Assembly (NCBI GenBank): GCA_965227295.1
Contig: OZ245742.1
Coordinates: forward strand, 1,984,001-2,048,000
Source of the DNA: Leptonemataceae bacterium
Lineage (GTDB): Bacteria > Spirochaetota > Leptospiria > Leptospirales > Leptonemataceae
Reading direction: 5' to 3'
DNA length: 64,000 nucleotides
Part shown: positions 8,807-18,981 of the stretch, one piece after another
How positions within the stretch are numbered: the stretch's first letter is position 1
Layout of the letters: every line of letters starts with the position of its first letter
Program-made: the position numbers and the translations under genes
The notes under the pieces: generated by a model
Seen by the model: only the letters and a program-made list of their open reading frames with translations
The model's database searches: none
Told to the model about the DNA's origin: nothing

Positions 8807-11170
8807 ATGCGTTCAAAAATGAACCGCGAGGCGAGAACAACGTTAGACAATAATTGCCTGGACATACGGAGGTGTCGGAATTTTATAACGTGGGCTTTCC
8901 CCCGGGGATCGTACGTGCGCCACATCATTTCATCTTCCCTCTGCGCGGTATTTGTCTGCTTGTTGCCCCTGGCATCCCTGTCCGCGCAGAGCATTGCCCC
9001 GGTGATGGAAGGCGTGCCCCTGGAACTGGAGGTTCTGGAAGATCCCACCGGGACGCTGAGTCTCTCCGGCGCGCGCGCCAGCACGGAATGGGAGCCGGCG
9101 AAGCAGTCATCGCCGGGTTTTGGTTTTACGCAGTCGGCCTACTGGGTTCGCTTTAAGCTGCGGCATCCGGAAGGGGCGGGCCGTCCCATCGCCTTCTATT
9201 TACAGCAGCAGTACCCGTTCATCGATCTTCTTCAACTGTACGTCCCCGGCGCGGAGGATGCTTACACCGTGCGAGAACTCGGTGACAGCTTTCCCTTCGA
9301 TCAACGCCCGTTCAAACATCGTACGTTCGTCTTCGAACTGCAACTGGATCCGGGGCAGAGCGCACAGTACTACCTGCGGCAGAAAACCACGAGCGGCATG
9401 AACTTCCAGCTCAGTTTGTGGGACCCGTCTTCGTTCGACCGGCGCCTCAAGGACGAACTCACGGTCCTCTGGATTTGTTACGGCATGATCTTCGGTGTCG
9501 TCGCCTATAACTTCCTGGTCTTCTTGAGCACCCGGGACCCTGGTTATTTCTACTACGTCGTTTCGATGATCAGCCTGGCGTTGGTGCTCATGTCTTTGAG
9601 CGGTCTGTCCTACCAGCATCTCTGGCCGACCCTGGTGACCTGGAACAATCTCTCGATCATCATCGTGATTCACGTCACTGTTTTTTTCGCGGGCGGTTTC
9701 TTTCAAAATTTCCTGGAAACTCGCAAACTTACGCCGCGTGTACATTACACCTGGGTCGTTTTTCAGAGCCTGGCCGTGGCCGGCATACTCTTGACGATCT
9801 ATTCCGGCCTCGGCGGCACCATCAAGCCGAATCTGTACCGCCTGTCCATGATCGGGGCGCTCGTCGTCACCATGCTGGCAGTACTGGCCGCGACCGTAAT
9901 GTCACTTTATCTTGCATTAAAAGGAAGACGCGCGGCCCGGCTGTACTTCATCTCCTGGACTTCGCTTTTCGGCGGCGCTTTCCTTACGATTCTCAACGTC
10001 TTCGGCGTGCTCGCGGAGTACGAGTGGACGCGCCAGGGCATTCTCGTCGGTACGGTGGCCCAGGCCATCCTGCTCGCCATGGCGCTGGCGGATCGCATCA
10101 ATCTGTATCAACGCCGCACCATCGAACTCAACGAGAACCTGGAACGTACGGTGGCAGATCGCACGGCGCAACTGGAAAGCCTGCGCCGCCTCGCCACGAA
10201 CGGACTGCGCCAGGCCCGGCGCGCGCGGCGGGCGTCGAATCAACTCGAAACCGCCATCGGGGCTCTGGCCGATGCGTCGGCGAAGCAGGCGGCCTCCGCC
10301 GAACAAACCTCCGCCGCCGTAACGCAGATGGCCGCTTCGGTGGCGAACGTGACGGCGAACGTTTCGCAGCAGGGCGCGGGCATTCGTAACGCCGGCGATC
10401 GCATGACGAGTCTGAGTTCGGCGCTTTCGGATATCAACAATGCCATGGAAGGCCTGAGCGAAATCGCCGACACTTCCCGCGGAGAAGCTCGCGATGTATC
10501 CGAAGCGGCGACGGCGCTCGTGGCCGCCATGCAACGCATTCGCGAGAAGGCCGCACAAATCGACGAGATCGTAACGGTGATCGACGATATTTCGGATCGC
10601 ACGAATCTGCTGTCGCTCAACGCGTCCATTGAGGCGGCGCGGGCCGGGGAGGCCGGTCGCGGATTTGCCGTGGTCGCTAACGAGGTCTCGCGCCTGGCCG
10701 AGCGCACCGCCGACAACACGCAGAACATTCAGGATCTCATCCTCGATACCCGGGACGAGGTCGAGCAGGGCGCGGAGCAGGTCGACCGCGTAACGCGCTT
10801 TCTCAACAACATCTTAACTTCGATTCAGGCGATTCACGGCGAAGCGGCGCGGGTGAGCGGTCTCGTGCAGGCGCAGGATGAGAACTCCGGTTCCATCGCG
10901 GGGCAAATGAACGACGTCACGCGTCTTACAGCGGAGATCGAACAGTCGGCCGACGAACAAAAACGTACCGCCGCCGAGATCAGCAAGGCCGTCGAACAAT
11001 TCTCGGAAAACGCGGCGCACATTCAGAGCGAAGTGGCGCTGTTGGAAACGGCGGCGAATCATCTGACTCGTATCGCCGCAGCGTTAGAAGAAGACGGCGA
11101 ACGTGTGGGGCGTGAGGCCGGGTTTGATACGAGTGATGAGGAAGCGGAAGTGGTAGAAGAATCGGTCTGA
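8807..11170 (+). CDS. Methyl-accepting chemotaxis protein with 7TM-DISM extracellular and 7TM domains (start possibly about 8914)
   Basis: [11 protein letters not shown] and YYLRQKT (DISMED2-like), 7 TM segments, MCP tip [30 protein letters not shown]. Confidence 0.9.
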   Translation: MRSKMNREARTTLDNNCLDIRRCRNFITWAFPRGSYVRHIISSSLCAVFVCLLPLASLSAQSIAPVMEGVPLELEVLEDPTGTLSLSGARASTEWEPAKQSSPGFGFTQSAYWVRFKLRHPEGAGRPIAFYLQQQYPFIDLLQLYVPGAEDAYTVRELGDSFPFDQRPFKHRTFVFELQLDPGQSAQYYLRQKTTSGMNFQLSLWDPSSFDRRLKDELTVLWICYGMIFGVVAYNFLVFLSTRDPGYFYYVVSMISLALVLMSLSGLSYQHLWPTLVTWNNLSIIIVIHVTVFFAGGFFQNFLETRKLTPRVHYTWVVFQSLAVAGILLTIYSGLGGTIKPNLYRLSMIGALVVTMLAVLAATVMSLYLALKGRRAARLYFISWTSLFGGAFLTILNVFGVLAEYEWTRQGILVGTVAQAILLAMALADRINLYQRRTIELNENLERTVADRTAQLESLRRLATNGLRQARRARRASNQLETAIGALADASAKQAASAEQTSAAVTQMAASVANVTANVSQQGAGIRNAGDRMTSLSSALSDINNAMEGLSEIADTSRGEARDVSEAATALVAAMQRIREKAAQIDEIVTVIDDISDRTNLLSLNASIEAARAGEAGRGFAVVANEVSRLAERTADNTQNIQDLILDTRDEVEQGAEQVDRVTRFLNNILTSIQAIHGEAARVSGLVQAQDENSGSIAGQMNDVTRLTAEIEQSADEQKRTAAEISKAVEQFSENAAHIQSEVALLETAANHLTRIAAALEEDGERVGREAGFDTSDEEAEVVEESV

Positions 11171-11176
11171 TTTTTC

Positions 11177-11210
11177 TTGGGCGCCCCGGCTTTCGGTGGG
11201 GCGCCCAAAA
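11177..11210. terminator. Probable bidirectional terminator hairpin
   Basis: TTGGGCGCCCC...GGGGCGCCCAA perfect stem between convergent genes. Confidence 0.65.
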
Positions 11211-11222
11211 GAGAATCAGAAC

Positions 11223-12395
11223 TTACTCGTCTTTGCCTTTCTGCATCGCGGCCATCAACTGCTTGCCGAACGAGGACATGCCGCCGGCCTCGGCGTCTTC
11301 CTGCTTTTGCATGTACTGCTCGTACTCCGCGCGGCTGTCGGCGTCGAAGACACGGGTGACGGACAGCGAAATGCGCTCGCGATCGCGGTCGATGTTCGTC
11401 ACCATTACGCGCACGGTTTCGCCGCGACGAAACTCTTTGTCCAGGGGCTGACCGCGGGGCACGCCGCTCTCGGAGTTCGGCACAAGACCGGTGAACGAGT
11501 CGGTGATGCGTACGAACATGCCGAAGTTCTTCAGGCTTTCAATGCGACCTTCGATGATCTCGCCGACTTCGAACGGCAGTTGACCCTGCCAGGGATTTTG
11601 CAGCAGGGCACGGCGTGACAGCGTAATGCGATCTTCTTTCCAATCGATGGAGAGCACTTTTACCCGCACGGACTGACCGGCCTTCAGTACGTCGCCGGGA
11701 TGGCGGACCCGCACGAAGTCCAGCTCGGAAAGCGGGACGAGTCCTTCGATGCCGCCCAGGTCGACAAAGGCGCCGAAGTTTTGCAGCGACACGACTTCGC
11801 CTTCGACGATGTCGCCTTCTTCCATGGTTTCCATGAGCGTGGAGCGGCTCGCCTCGCGCTGCATGTCCCGGAACGAACGGCGGGATGCGATGACGCGTTT
11901 ACCCTGGATCTCGATGATCAGGAACTCCATGCCGCTACGCCCGCGGCCCTCGTCTTCGTTGGGCATCTGCGAAGCCGGACAGAAGGCCATGACGTCGCCG
12001 AGAGCGATCTCGAAACCGCCCTTGATCTTCTGGGCGATGCGACCGCGCAGGGGAATGCGCTGCTGCATGGCGGTATTCAGGATTTCGCTTTTCGCGCGGC
12101 CTACCGGCTGCGTCGTGAAGACCTGCTCGCCGTTGGCGCGGTCCAGAAAGAAGGCGTCTACTTTTTCACCGACGTTCACGCCGATGTTGCCCTCTGCATC
12201 CAGCAGCTCTTCGCGGCGAATGACGCCGGGGCCGTTGTCCGTCTGTACGGAGACGAATTCACCGTCTTCAATGCCGGCGATGCGGGCGAGTTTGTGATCG
12301 CCTGCGTTGAGGCTGTCGAGGTTCTGGAGGTTGTTTTCGAGGAGTCTGGCAAACTCCGTGTCGTTCTTTTCTTTGCCGATTTGTTTGCTTCTCAT
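11223..12395 (-). CDS. S1 RNA-binding domain protein (ribosomal protein S1-like)
   Basis: Repeated S1 motifs: FGAFVDLGGIEGLVPLSEL, FGMFVRI...GLVPNSE, AFCPASQ. Confidence 0.85.
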   Translation of the reverse strand: MRSKQIGKEKNDTEFARLLENNLQNLDSLNAGDHKLARIAGIEDGEFVSVQTDNGPGVIRREELLDAEGNIGVNVGEKVDAFFLDRANGEQVFTTQPVGRAKSEILNTAMQQRIPLRGRIAQKIKGGFEIALGDVMAFCPASQMPNEDEGRGRSGMEFLIIEIQGKRVIASRRSFRDMQREASRSTLMETMEEGDIVEGEVVSLQNFGAFVDLGGIEGLVPLSELDFVRVRHPGDVLKAGQSVRVKVLSIDWKEDRITLSRRALLQNPWQGQLPFEVGEIIEGRIESLKNFGMFVRITDSFTGLVPNSESGVPRGQPLDKEFRRGETVRVMVTNIDRDRERISLSVTRVFDADSRAEYEQYMQKQEDAEAGGMSSFGKQLMAAMQKGKDE

Positions 12396-12441
12396 GATGT
12401 CGTTCCCTGGTGTGATTTTACTGAGTTCTACTAAAGTAATG

Positions 12442-14883
12442 CTAGTCCTGTGTTTTGAAGCGCACCCGATCTTCCACGCCGAGGTCTTCTTTGGTGATGC
12501 CCAGCTCTTCCATTAAGAGCTTGCGTGCGTCTACGATGCGGTGTGCGTCGCCGCAGACGCCGTCCCGGGGCGCGGGCAGGGGGATGCCTTCGATGATTGT
12601 GTCGCCCATGGCGTAACCGCCGCAGCCGGTCGTTACGATGCCGGCCGGTTCTTCTTTCCACTGCGGATATTGCGCAAAGCGCGGCGCGGCCTGTCCCTTC
12701 TCACGATACACACGATCGTAGAAGGCGCCCATTACCGGAGCGGCGATGCTGCCCCCGGCCTGGCCCGGGCCCAGCGTCACGCTGGATTTGTCGAAGCCGA
12801 ACCAGATGACCGTGGCGTACTCGGGGTTGAAGCCGGTGATCCAGGCGTCGCTGAAGTTCGAGGTGGTGCCGGTTTTACACGCCAGTGCGCCCTGGCCCCA
12901 CCAGCCGCCTTCGCGGAGACCGCGCGTCGCCGTGCCGCCCTCGGCCACGCCCTGCATCATGCTGGAAAGAATGAACGCGAGGCCGGGCTCGATGATCTGA
13001 ATCGTTTCTTCGCGGGTCTTGATGGCCAGGTTGCGGCGCACGCGTTCTTCCTGGCCGTAAATGCGATTGCCGTTTTGATCTTCGACGTAACGAACGGCGA
13101 AGGGAATCACGTCCTTGCCGCCGTTGGCTATGATGGCCACCGCGTTGGCCAGTTCCATGGGCGTGATCTCGCCGGCCCCCAGGGCCAGGGCGGGATCCGG
13201 ATTAAAACGTGCGGTGTTGGAAATCTTCATGAGCCGCGAGGCCAGATCGATGATCGGCTCCGGTCCGGTGCGGAAGTAGGTCTGCACCGCCGCGGTGTTC
13301 AGGGACAGGGCGAGCGCGCGTTTCGCCGGAACGAGGCCCATGAAACCCTGGTCGTAGTTGCCCGGGGACCAGGAACTGCCGTCCGGCGCGACGATGAAAA
13401 ACGGGGCGTCGTTGATGCCGGTGGCGCTGGACATGGTGCGCGTTTCCAGGGCGGCGCCGTAGACGAAGATCTTAAACGCACTGCCGGGCTGGCGCCGGGC
13501 GCGCAACGCGCGATTGAACTGATTCGTCGGCGAGAAGTCCGTGCCGCCGATCATCGTGGTGATGTAACCGGTGCGCGGTTCGATGCCCAGGAACGCGCCC
13601 TGCACTTCCAGGTTCTCGGCGTAAGTGAAAGTATCTTTGCGGAATTCTTCGAAGGCCGCGGCCTCGTCGTTGGCGGGCGTTAAGTACGTGAGCGCCTGCA
13701 TGCCGTCCAGGAACTCGGCCTCGACCTCGCGACGGAATTTGCCGCGGTCATCCAGGGCCTTTGCGACGGGACCGCCCACCGGGGCAATGAGCGAGAGCGA
13801 ACGGTGTAGATCGAACAACGAAAAGTCCACTCCGCCACGACCGCCGGTCTTCGCGTAATTGCGGCCGATGCGGTTGGCATCCTCCAGGGCCGCGCCCATT
13901 TCTTCCTCGGCAATGCGCTGCTGGCGGAGGTCGAGGGTGGTGTAGACTTTGAGGCCGCGCGTATAGAGACGGTCTTCACCGACCTCGGGGGCGGCTTCGA
14001 GGATTTGCCGCACATACTCGGTGAAGTACGGGGCGTCGTTCAGGCGGCGGCCCCAGACGTTGCGCGACGGCGGCTCCACGACGACCTTGTTCCAGTAACT
14101 CTTCCAGAAGTCGGCGTGAATGGCATCGATCTCTTCGGCTTTGACGTAACCTACGTCCACCATGCGGTTCAGCACGAACTTGTGCTGTTTCATGGAGTTC
14201 TTCGGATATTTGAACGGGCTGTACTCGATGGGCGACTTGGGCAGGCGGGCCAGCAAGGCGCCCTCCGCCAGGGTCAGCTCCTGGACGGGCTTGTCGAAGT
14301 ACAGTCGCGACGCGCAGGCAATGCCCTGGCAGCCGTGGCCCAGGTAGATGACGTTAAAAAATACTTCGAGGATTTCTTCTTTAGAAAGGGCCTCTTCGAT
14401 TTGCAGGGCCAGCAGGGTTTCGCGGATCTTCTGTACGAAGCGGCGCTGGCGGCGGCCCTCGGCGTTGAGGTAGATCTGTTTCGCCAGTTGTTGCGAGAGC
14501 GTGGAGCCGCCCTGGACAATGCGGCCGGCCATGACATTCTTTACGGCCGCACGGAAAATGCCGGCAATGTCGATGCCGAAATGATGGAAGAAGTTGTCGT
14601 CCTCGACGGCCAGGAAGGCCTGAATTACGTGCGGCGGGATGTCCGAAAGCGGCACGATTTCCTGGCGATGGCGATAGAGCTCGGCAAAGACCTCGCCGTT
14701 GCGATCGTAGAGTCGCGTGGGCGTGGACGGCCGATACTGAGCCAGCATGGAAAGCTCCCGGCGACCGTCCACCTGGGAGACGATCAGCCCGTAGATTGCG
14801 CCGCCGACAACGCCCGCGGAAAGCAGGCCGATGAGAACGAGTTTTTCCAGTAGTGAGAGAATGCGTTTCTGACGATTGCTCAC
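12442..14883 (-). CDS. Class A penicillin-binding protein (PBP1A family)
   Basis: Transglycosylase EDDNFFHHFGID and QGGSTLSQQLAK; transpeptidase SAFK, SLN and KTG. Start placed at GTG 14883 before the TM anchor. Confidence 0.93.
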   Translation of the reverse strand: MSNRQKRILSLLEKLVLIGLLSAGVVGGAIYGLIVSQVDGRRELSMLAQYRPSTPTRLYDRNGEVFAELYRHRQEIVPLSDIPPHVIQAFLAVEDDNFFHHFGIDIAGIFRAAVKNVMAGRIVQGGSTLSQQLAKQIYLNAEGRRQRRFVQKIRETLLALQIEEALSKEEILEVFFNVIYLGHGCQGIACASRLYFDKPVQELTLAEGALLARLPKSPIEYSPFKYPKNSMKQHKFVLNRMVDVGYVKAEEIDAIHADFWKSYWNKVVVEPPSRNVWGRRLNDAPYFTEYVRQILEAAPEVGEDRLYTRGLKVYTTLDLRQQRIAEEEMGAALEDANRIGRNYAKTGGRGGVDFSLFDLHRSLSLIAPVGGPVAKALDDRGKFRREVEAEFLDGMQALTYLTPANDEAAAFEEFRKDTFTYAENLEVQGAFLGIEPRTGYITTMIGGTDFSPTNQFNRALRARRQPGSAFKIFVYGAALETRTMSSATGINDAPFFIVAPDGSSWSPGNYDQGFMGLVPAKRALALSLNTAAVQTYFRTGPEPIIDLASRLMKISNTARFNPDPALALGAGEITPMELANAVAIIANGGKDVIPFAVRYVEDQNGNRIYGQEERVRRNLAIKTREETIQIIEPGLAFILSSMMQGVAEGGTATRGLREGGWWGQGALACKTGTTSNFSDAWITGFNPEYATVIWFGFDKSSVTLGPGQAGGSIAAPVMGAFYDRVYREKGQAAPRFAQYPQWKEEPAGIVTTGCGGYAMGDTIIEGIPLPAPRDGVCGDAHRIVDARKLLMEELGITKEDLGVEDRVRFKTQD

Positions 14884-15028
14884 AGGAAGCCCCGGAATGA
14901 CCAGAATTCTCGCGGCGTCTCTCCACGGAAGTATTATTGTAGAAAGGCCGCTCCAAAACGGCGGCCCCGGATACCATTCGGGAGCAGTTGTTCTTGCCAC
15001 CGGCGGCCCTCCGGCGTAGGTTTCCGGC

Positions 15029-15937
15029 ATGCGGCAGAGTTGGTCCCAACAGAGCGTCTACTATCCCTCCGTCACGGACGTGGTTTTGCGCCTCATGGCG
15101 CTCATGCTTGCGGCCTTCGTCCTCCAGGTTGTGGCCACCATTATCTTTCCCGGCGAGGTGGTCTTCGATTCCTTCCGCGCGCTTACGCTCAACTTCCGCG
15201 ATTTCAGCCTGCTACAGATTTTCACGCATCCGCTGTTCGCCGCACCGCAACTCGTATCCGCTCTGATCGAGATCCTGTTGCAGTGCCTGGTGCTGTACTT
15301 CTTCGCCTCGGAGCTGGAGCGCACCTGGGGGCGGCACAACTTTCTCAGGTTTTACATCATCTGTCTCGCCGGCGGGGCGATCCTGGGCACCGCGCTCTTC
15401 TTTTTTCCGGAAGGCTACAACTACAGCGGCGTCCTGCACGGCATGGATGCGGCCATCGGCGGCGTGCTCGTCGCGTATGCCATCCTGTGGCCGGATCGCC
15501 AGGTGCTTTTGTTTTTCATCATCCCCGTGCGGATGAAGTGGCTGGTCTTTTTCATTTTTGTGATGCTGATCTTGAGCTTCATCGACGCTGCGACGGTGTT
15601 GATGAGCCTGGTCCTCTACTCCGGCGGCGGTGTGGCGGCGGCGTTGTTTCTGTACTACTACGCGCGCAAGGGCCGGCAGTACTCGGTGCTGTCGGATTCG
15701 CCGATGGCCGGCGACGGCGGCAGCGGTCAGAAGAAAAAGCCGCGCCCGAGTCTGCGGGAACGTTTGAACCAATACCTGCGCAAACGCCGCCTCAAGAAAC
15801 AACAGGATCTAATCAACCGGCGCATCGAAATGAAAGACGAGGTGGATCGACTGCTGGAAAAGATCTCGAAGGACGGCATGGATTCCCTTTCGAAAAAGGA
15901 AAGGGCGTTCCTGGATAAGGCTTCGAAGGAATTCTAG
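15029..15937 (+). CDS. Rhomboid-family membrane protein with DUF6576-like C-terminus, probably catalytically inactive
   Basis: LERTWG, AYAILWP..LLFFIIPVRMKW, tail EVDRLLEKISKDGMDSLSKKERAFL. Confidence 0.8.
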   Translation: MRQSWSQQSVYYPSVTDVVLRLMALMLAAFVLQVVATIIFPGEVVFDSFRALTLNFRDFSLLQIFTHPLFAAPQLVSALIEILLQCLVLYFFASELERTWGRHNFLRFYIICLAGGAILGTALFFFPEGYNYSGVLHGMDAAIGGVLVAYAILWPDRQVLLFFIIPVRMKWLVFFIFVMLILSFIDAATVLMSLVLYSGGGVAAALFLYYYARKGRQYSVLSDSPMAGDGGSGQKKKPRPSLRERLNQYLRKRRLKKQQDLINRRIEMKDEVDRLLEKISKDGMDSLSKKERAFLDKASKEF

Positions 15938-15957
15938 CAGGCTGCCCGGGCGTTCGA

Positions 15958-16593
15958 ATGATCCGGCACGTCGTCTTTGATCTGTACGGGACCCTGTTGG
16001 TTCCACCGACGGAGCGACGCCACGCATTCTCACGACTCCTGGACCATCTTGGTTTGCGCGGTGAACGTCGCCGCCATGCCCGCCGAACAGCCATGACCCG
16101 GGACTTCGCCCGCGCCGAAGACTATGTGGCGCGGTTCGATCCGAAGGCCGTGCACGATCCGGCCGTGCGTTTGATCCTGCAGGACATGGAACGGGACGTG
16201 GAGGAGCGCATCCGTTGTTACCCGGAAGTCCCTGCGGTGCTTGAGCGTTTGCGTGAGTCCACGGTGCGCATGCATTTGATTTCGAACGTTGCCTCGCCGT
16301 ACCGCCGGCCGTTCTATCGCCTGGGGCTGGATCGTTATTTTTCGCGTCCGGTTTTTTCGTGTGAAGTCGGTTGCGTGAAACCCGAGCCACAGATCTACGA
16401 TCTCGTCTTCGATCGTGCGGAAGCGGTCGCGCCGGAGACGGTGTTGATGATCGGTGACCATTCCGTCTGTGATGTTCGTCGGCCGCGCAGCCTGGGCTGG
16501 CAGGCCCTTCTGCTGGATCGCCGGGGCCGGCCGGGAGCCCTGGCCGATCTCGGCGAACTCCTGCACGGCCCGACGGCGATCACACTTACCTGA
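15958..16593 (+). CDS. HAD-superfamily hydrolase
   Basis: Motifs FDLYGTL, ISN, KPEPQIY and IGDHSVCD. Confidence 0.9.
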   Translation: MIRHVVFDLYGTLLVPPTERRHAFSRLLDHLGLRGERRRHARRTAMTRDFARAEDYVARFDPKAVHDPAVRLILQDMERDVEERIRCYPEVPAVLERLRESTVRMHLISNVASPYRRPFYRLGLDRYFSRPVFSCEVGCVKPEPQIYDLVFDRAEAVAPETVLMIGDHSVCDVRRPRSLGWQALLLDRRGRPGALADLGELLHGPTAITLT

Positions 16594-16608
16594 ACATAAA
16601 AAAAGCTT

Positions 16609-17781
16609 GTGAAAAAGGGAAGCGGATCGGAAAAATCGGCGGGGGCTTCGCACGTGGCATCGTTCAAGCGTTATCTGGAATTACGGGACCAGAGTTCATC
16701 GAAGTTCTGGGAAATCGAACTACAGGGGCAGAAGTTCGTGGTGCGTTTCGGTCGCATCGGCACAAAGGGCAGCCTCAACGAAAAGGTCTACGACTCGGAG
16801 GACGAGGCGGAGAAAGAGGCGCATAAGCTCATTTCATCGAAACTTAAGAAGGGCTACGCCGAATCCACCGGCTCCGACTTCGACGTCTTTCAATTTCGCC
16901 AAATTGATTACCGCATGGGGAAGGGCCTCGATCGTCCCGAGTCGACCATATTTCGGTTGTCCGTGGATTACGACGACGATCATTCTTTCGAAGACCTTTT
17001 CAACGCATTCCTGAAGGAACCGGGATTGAACCAGGTCCGGGCGCTCAGCATCGGCATGTGGGAAGAGGTACTCGCCGACGATATCGAGACGCCGCGGCGA
17101 TTGCTCCTGGAAGCCGCGCCGAAGATGCCGCAGTTGAAAGCCCTCTACTACGGTGATGTCGAACAAGAAGAAAGCGAAATCTCCTGGATCGAGTTGACCG
17201 ATCTCGCGCCGGTGGTGCACGCTTTGCCGAATCTCGAAGTCTTTCGCGTGCGCGGTTCCTTATTGCGCCTGAAGAATCTTCAACACGATAAACTCGGCGC
17301 ATTGATCATCGAAAGCGGGGGCACGAGCAAAGACACCCTGGCCGATGTTTGCGCGGCGAAGTTGCCCGCGTTGCAGCACCTGGAGATCTGGATCGGCGTG
17401 GAGGATTACGGCTGGGACGGGAGCATTGCCGACATAGAGCCGCTCTTTGAGGCCGGCCGCTTCCCGTTGCTCAAGCACCTCGGTGTGATGAATGCAAAAG
17501 AGCAGGACGAGATTGCCCGCGTCGCCGCCCGGGGCGCCGTGCTCCAGGATCTGCAATCCCTGGATCTTTCCATGGGTGTGCTGACCGATGCCGGCGCCCG
17601 TCATCTCTTGCAAAGTGATGCTGTTCGTAAGTTAAAGGCGCTGAACCTGCGCCATCACTTCATGAGCGCCGGCGTTGCCCGGGAGTTTCAGGGCATCGGC
17701 CCCGCCGTAAACACCGCCGGAAGCAATGAGCCGGATATTGACGACGACGAGGTCTACTATTACACCGAGGTCGCCGAATAG
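16609..17781 (+). CDS. WGR domain + STM4015-family leucine-rich-repeat protein
   Basis: WGR motif SSKFWEI...VRFGRIGTKG...KLKKGY. STM4015-like ALSIGMW, EISWIE, LEIWIGVEDYG, LDLSMGVLTDAGA, LNLRHHF. Confidence 0.85.
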   Translation: MKKGSGSEKSAGASHVASFKRYLELRDQSSSKFWEIELQGQKFVVRFGRIGTKGSLNEKVYDSEDEAEKEAHKLISSKLKKGYAESTGSDFDVFQFRQIDYRMGKGLDRPESTIFRLSVDYDDDHSFEDLFNAFLKEPGLNQVRALSIGMWEEVLADDIETPRRLLLEAAPKMPQLKALYYGDVEQEESEISWIELTDLAPVVHALPNLEVFRVRGSLLRLKNLQHDKLGALIIESGGTSKDTLADVCAAKLPALQHLEIWIGVEDYGWDGSIADIEPLFEAGRFPLLKHLGVMNAKEQDEIARVAARGAVLQDLQSLDLSMGVLTDAGARHLLQSDAVRKLKALNLRHHFMSAGVAREFQGIGPAVNTAGSNEPDIDDDEVYYYTEVAE

Positions 17782-17796
17782 ACCACGAGCGCCGCT

Positions 17797-18981
17797 TTGA
17801 AATCACCGGCATACATCTGGATCGGCAACCCGGAACACCGCCGCTGGCCGGGCTTCCAACGTGCCGCCCGGGAAGCGGCTGTGGTTGCCCGCTTACTTTC
17901 GTACGAAGAAATCTTAGCCTGCCTGGGGCAACCCGGCGAACTCCGGCATCGTCTCGCCGCGGCAATCGATGGGCTGGACCACCCGGTGCTGCGCCTGGAA
18001 GCCCCCGGAAAGAACGTTACCGTCAGTGACGCACTGACGCGATTGGGTGGTCGTCTTCTGGAGGAGGCCGGTGCTCCGCTTGCGTCGGGTACCGCACCGG
18101 CCGGACCGGGTCGGCTGGGTTCGCCGCGCGCCCGGTACACCGGCTATGCCTGGTTGCTGCGCCGCCTGGATTGCCTGTGGTCGGAGATTCTCGGCGAACG
18201 CGACGCGGCGCTGCCGGTATACGTCAATCATCCCGAGGACGTGCTGACGATGTGCTCGAAGCCGCAGACGTACGAACGATTCTTCCGGAACGCGCTGCCG
18301 GTGCCGCGCAAGCTTACGAGCGTAAACAGCTACGAAGAGTTACTTACGGAGATGGGACGTGCCGGAATTTCGCGCGTGTTTCTGAAGCCTGCTCACGGAT
18401 CGTCCGGGGTGGGCATCGTGGCACTGCGGGTCTCGAACCTGCCGCGACCCCGGCGTATGGCGGCTTACTCCACGGCTGTCCTGCGTGACGGCGAAGTCTA
18501 CAACAGCCGGCGCATTCGGCGTTACGAGTCGCCGGCGGAGATCGCACGCATCATCGATCGGCTGGCCGGCGAAGAACTGCACGTCGAGGAGTGGATTCCT
18601 AAACCTGCGCCGATCTCCGGTTACGCCGGTGACTGGCGCCTGCTGGTGATAGCCGGTCGAGCGCGGCACCGCGTCTTGCGACTGAGCCGGTCGCCCTTTA
18701 CGAATCTGCATCTCGGCAACGAGCGCAGTCACGCCGCCGCCGATCCCGAGACGCTTGCGACTTTCGAAGCACTGGCGCGCCAGACGGCCGCGTGTTTTCC
18801 GCGCTCGCTGTATTTCGGCCTGGACGTCATTGTTCGTCGCGACGGGCGGCCCATCATCCTCGAAGCGAACGCTTACGGTGATCTTTTGCCCGGCGTGCTG
18901 CATCAATCGCAGACGACGTACGCCGCGGAGCTGGCGGCTTTTCCGGACTTCGCGGCCGTGTCACGGGAGGCGCGGACGTGA
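17797..18981 (+). CDS. STM4014-family ATP-grasp protein
   Basis: IGNPEHRR, VFLKPAHGSSGVG, HVEEWIPK, SPFTNLHLGN, GLDV, ILEANAYGDLLPG. Confidence 0.88.
   Translation: MKSPAYIWIGNPEHRRWPGFQRAAREAAVVARLLSYEEILACLGQPGELRHRLAAAIDGLDHPVLRLEAPGKNVTVSDALTRLGGRLLEEAGAPLASGTAPAGPGRLGSPRARYTGYAWLLRRLDCLWSEILGERDAALPVYVNHPEDVLTMCSKPQTYERFFRNALPVPRKLTSVNSYEELLTEMGRAGISRVFLKPAHGSSGVGIVALRVSNLPRPRRMAAYSTAVLRDGEVYNSRRIRRYESPAEIARIIDRLAGEELHVEEWIPKPAPISGYAGDWRLLVIAGRARHRVLRLSRSPFTNLHLGNERSHAAADPETLATFEALARQTAACFPRSLYFGLDVIVRRDGRPIILEANAYGDLLPGVLHQSQTTYAAELAAFPDFAAVSREART

Noticed and set aside
12541..14853. Long antisense ORFs (e.g. 12541-13683, 14005-14853; also 48480-49649, 51580-52623, 54517-55491)
   Set aside because: Shadow frames of well-supported genes in GC-rich DNA, with no motifs.
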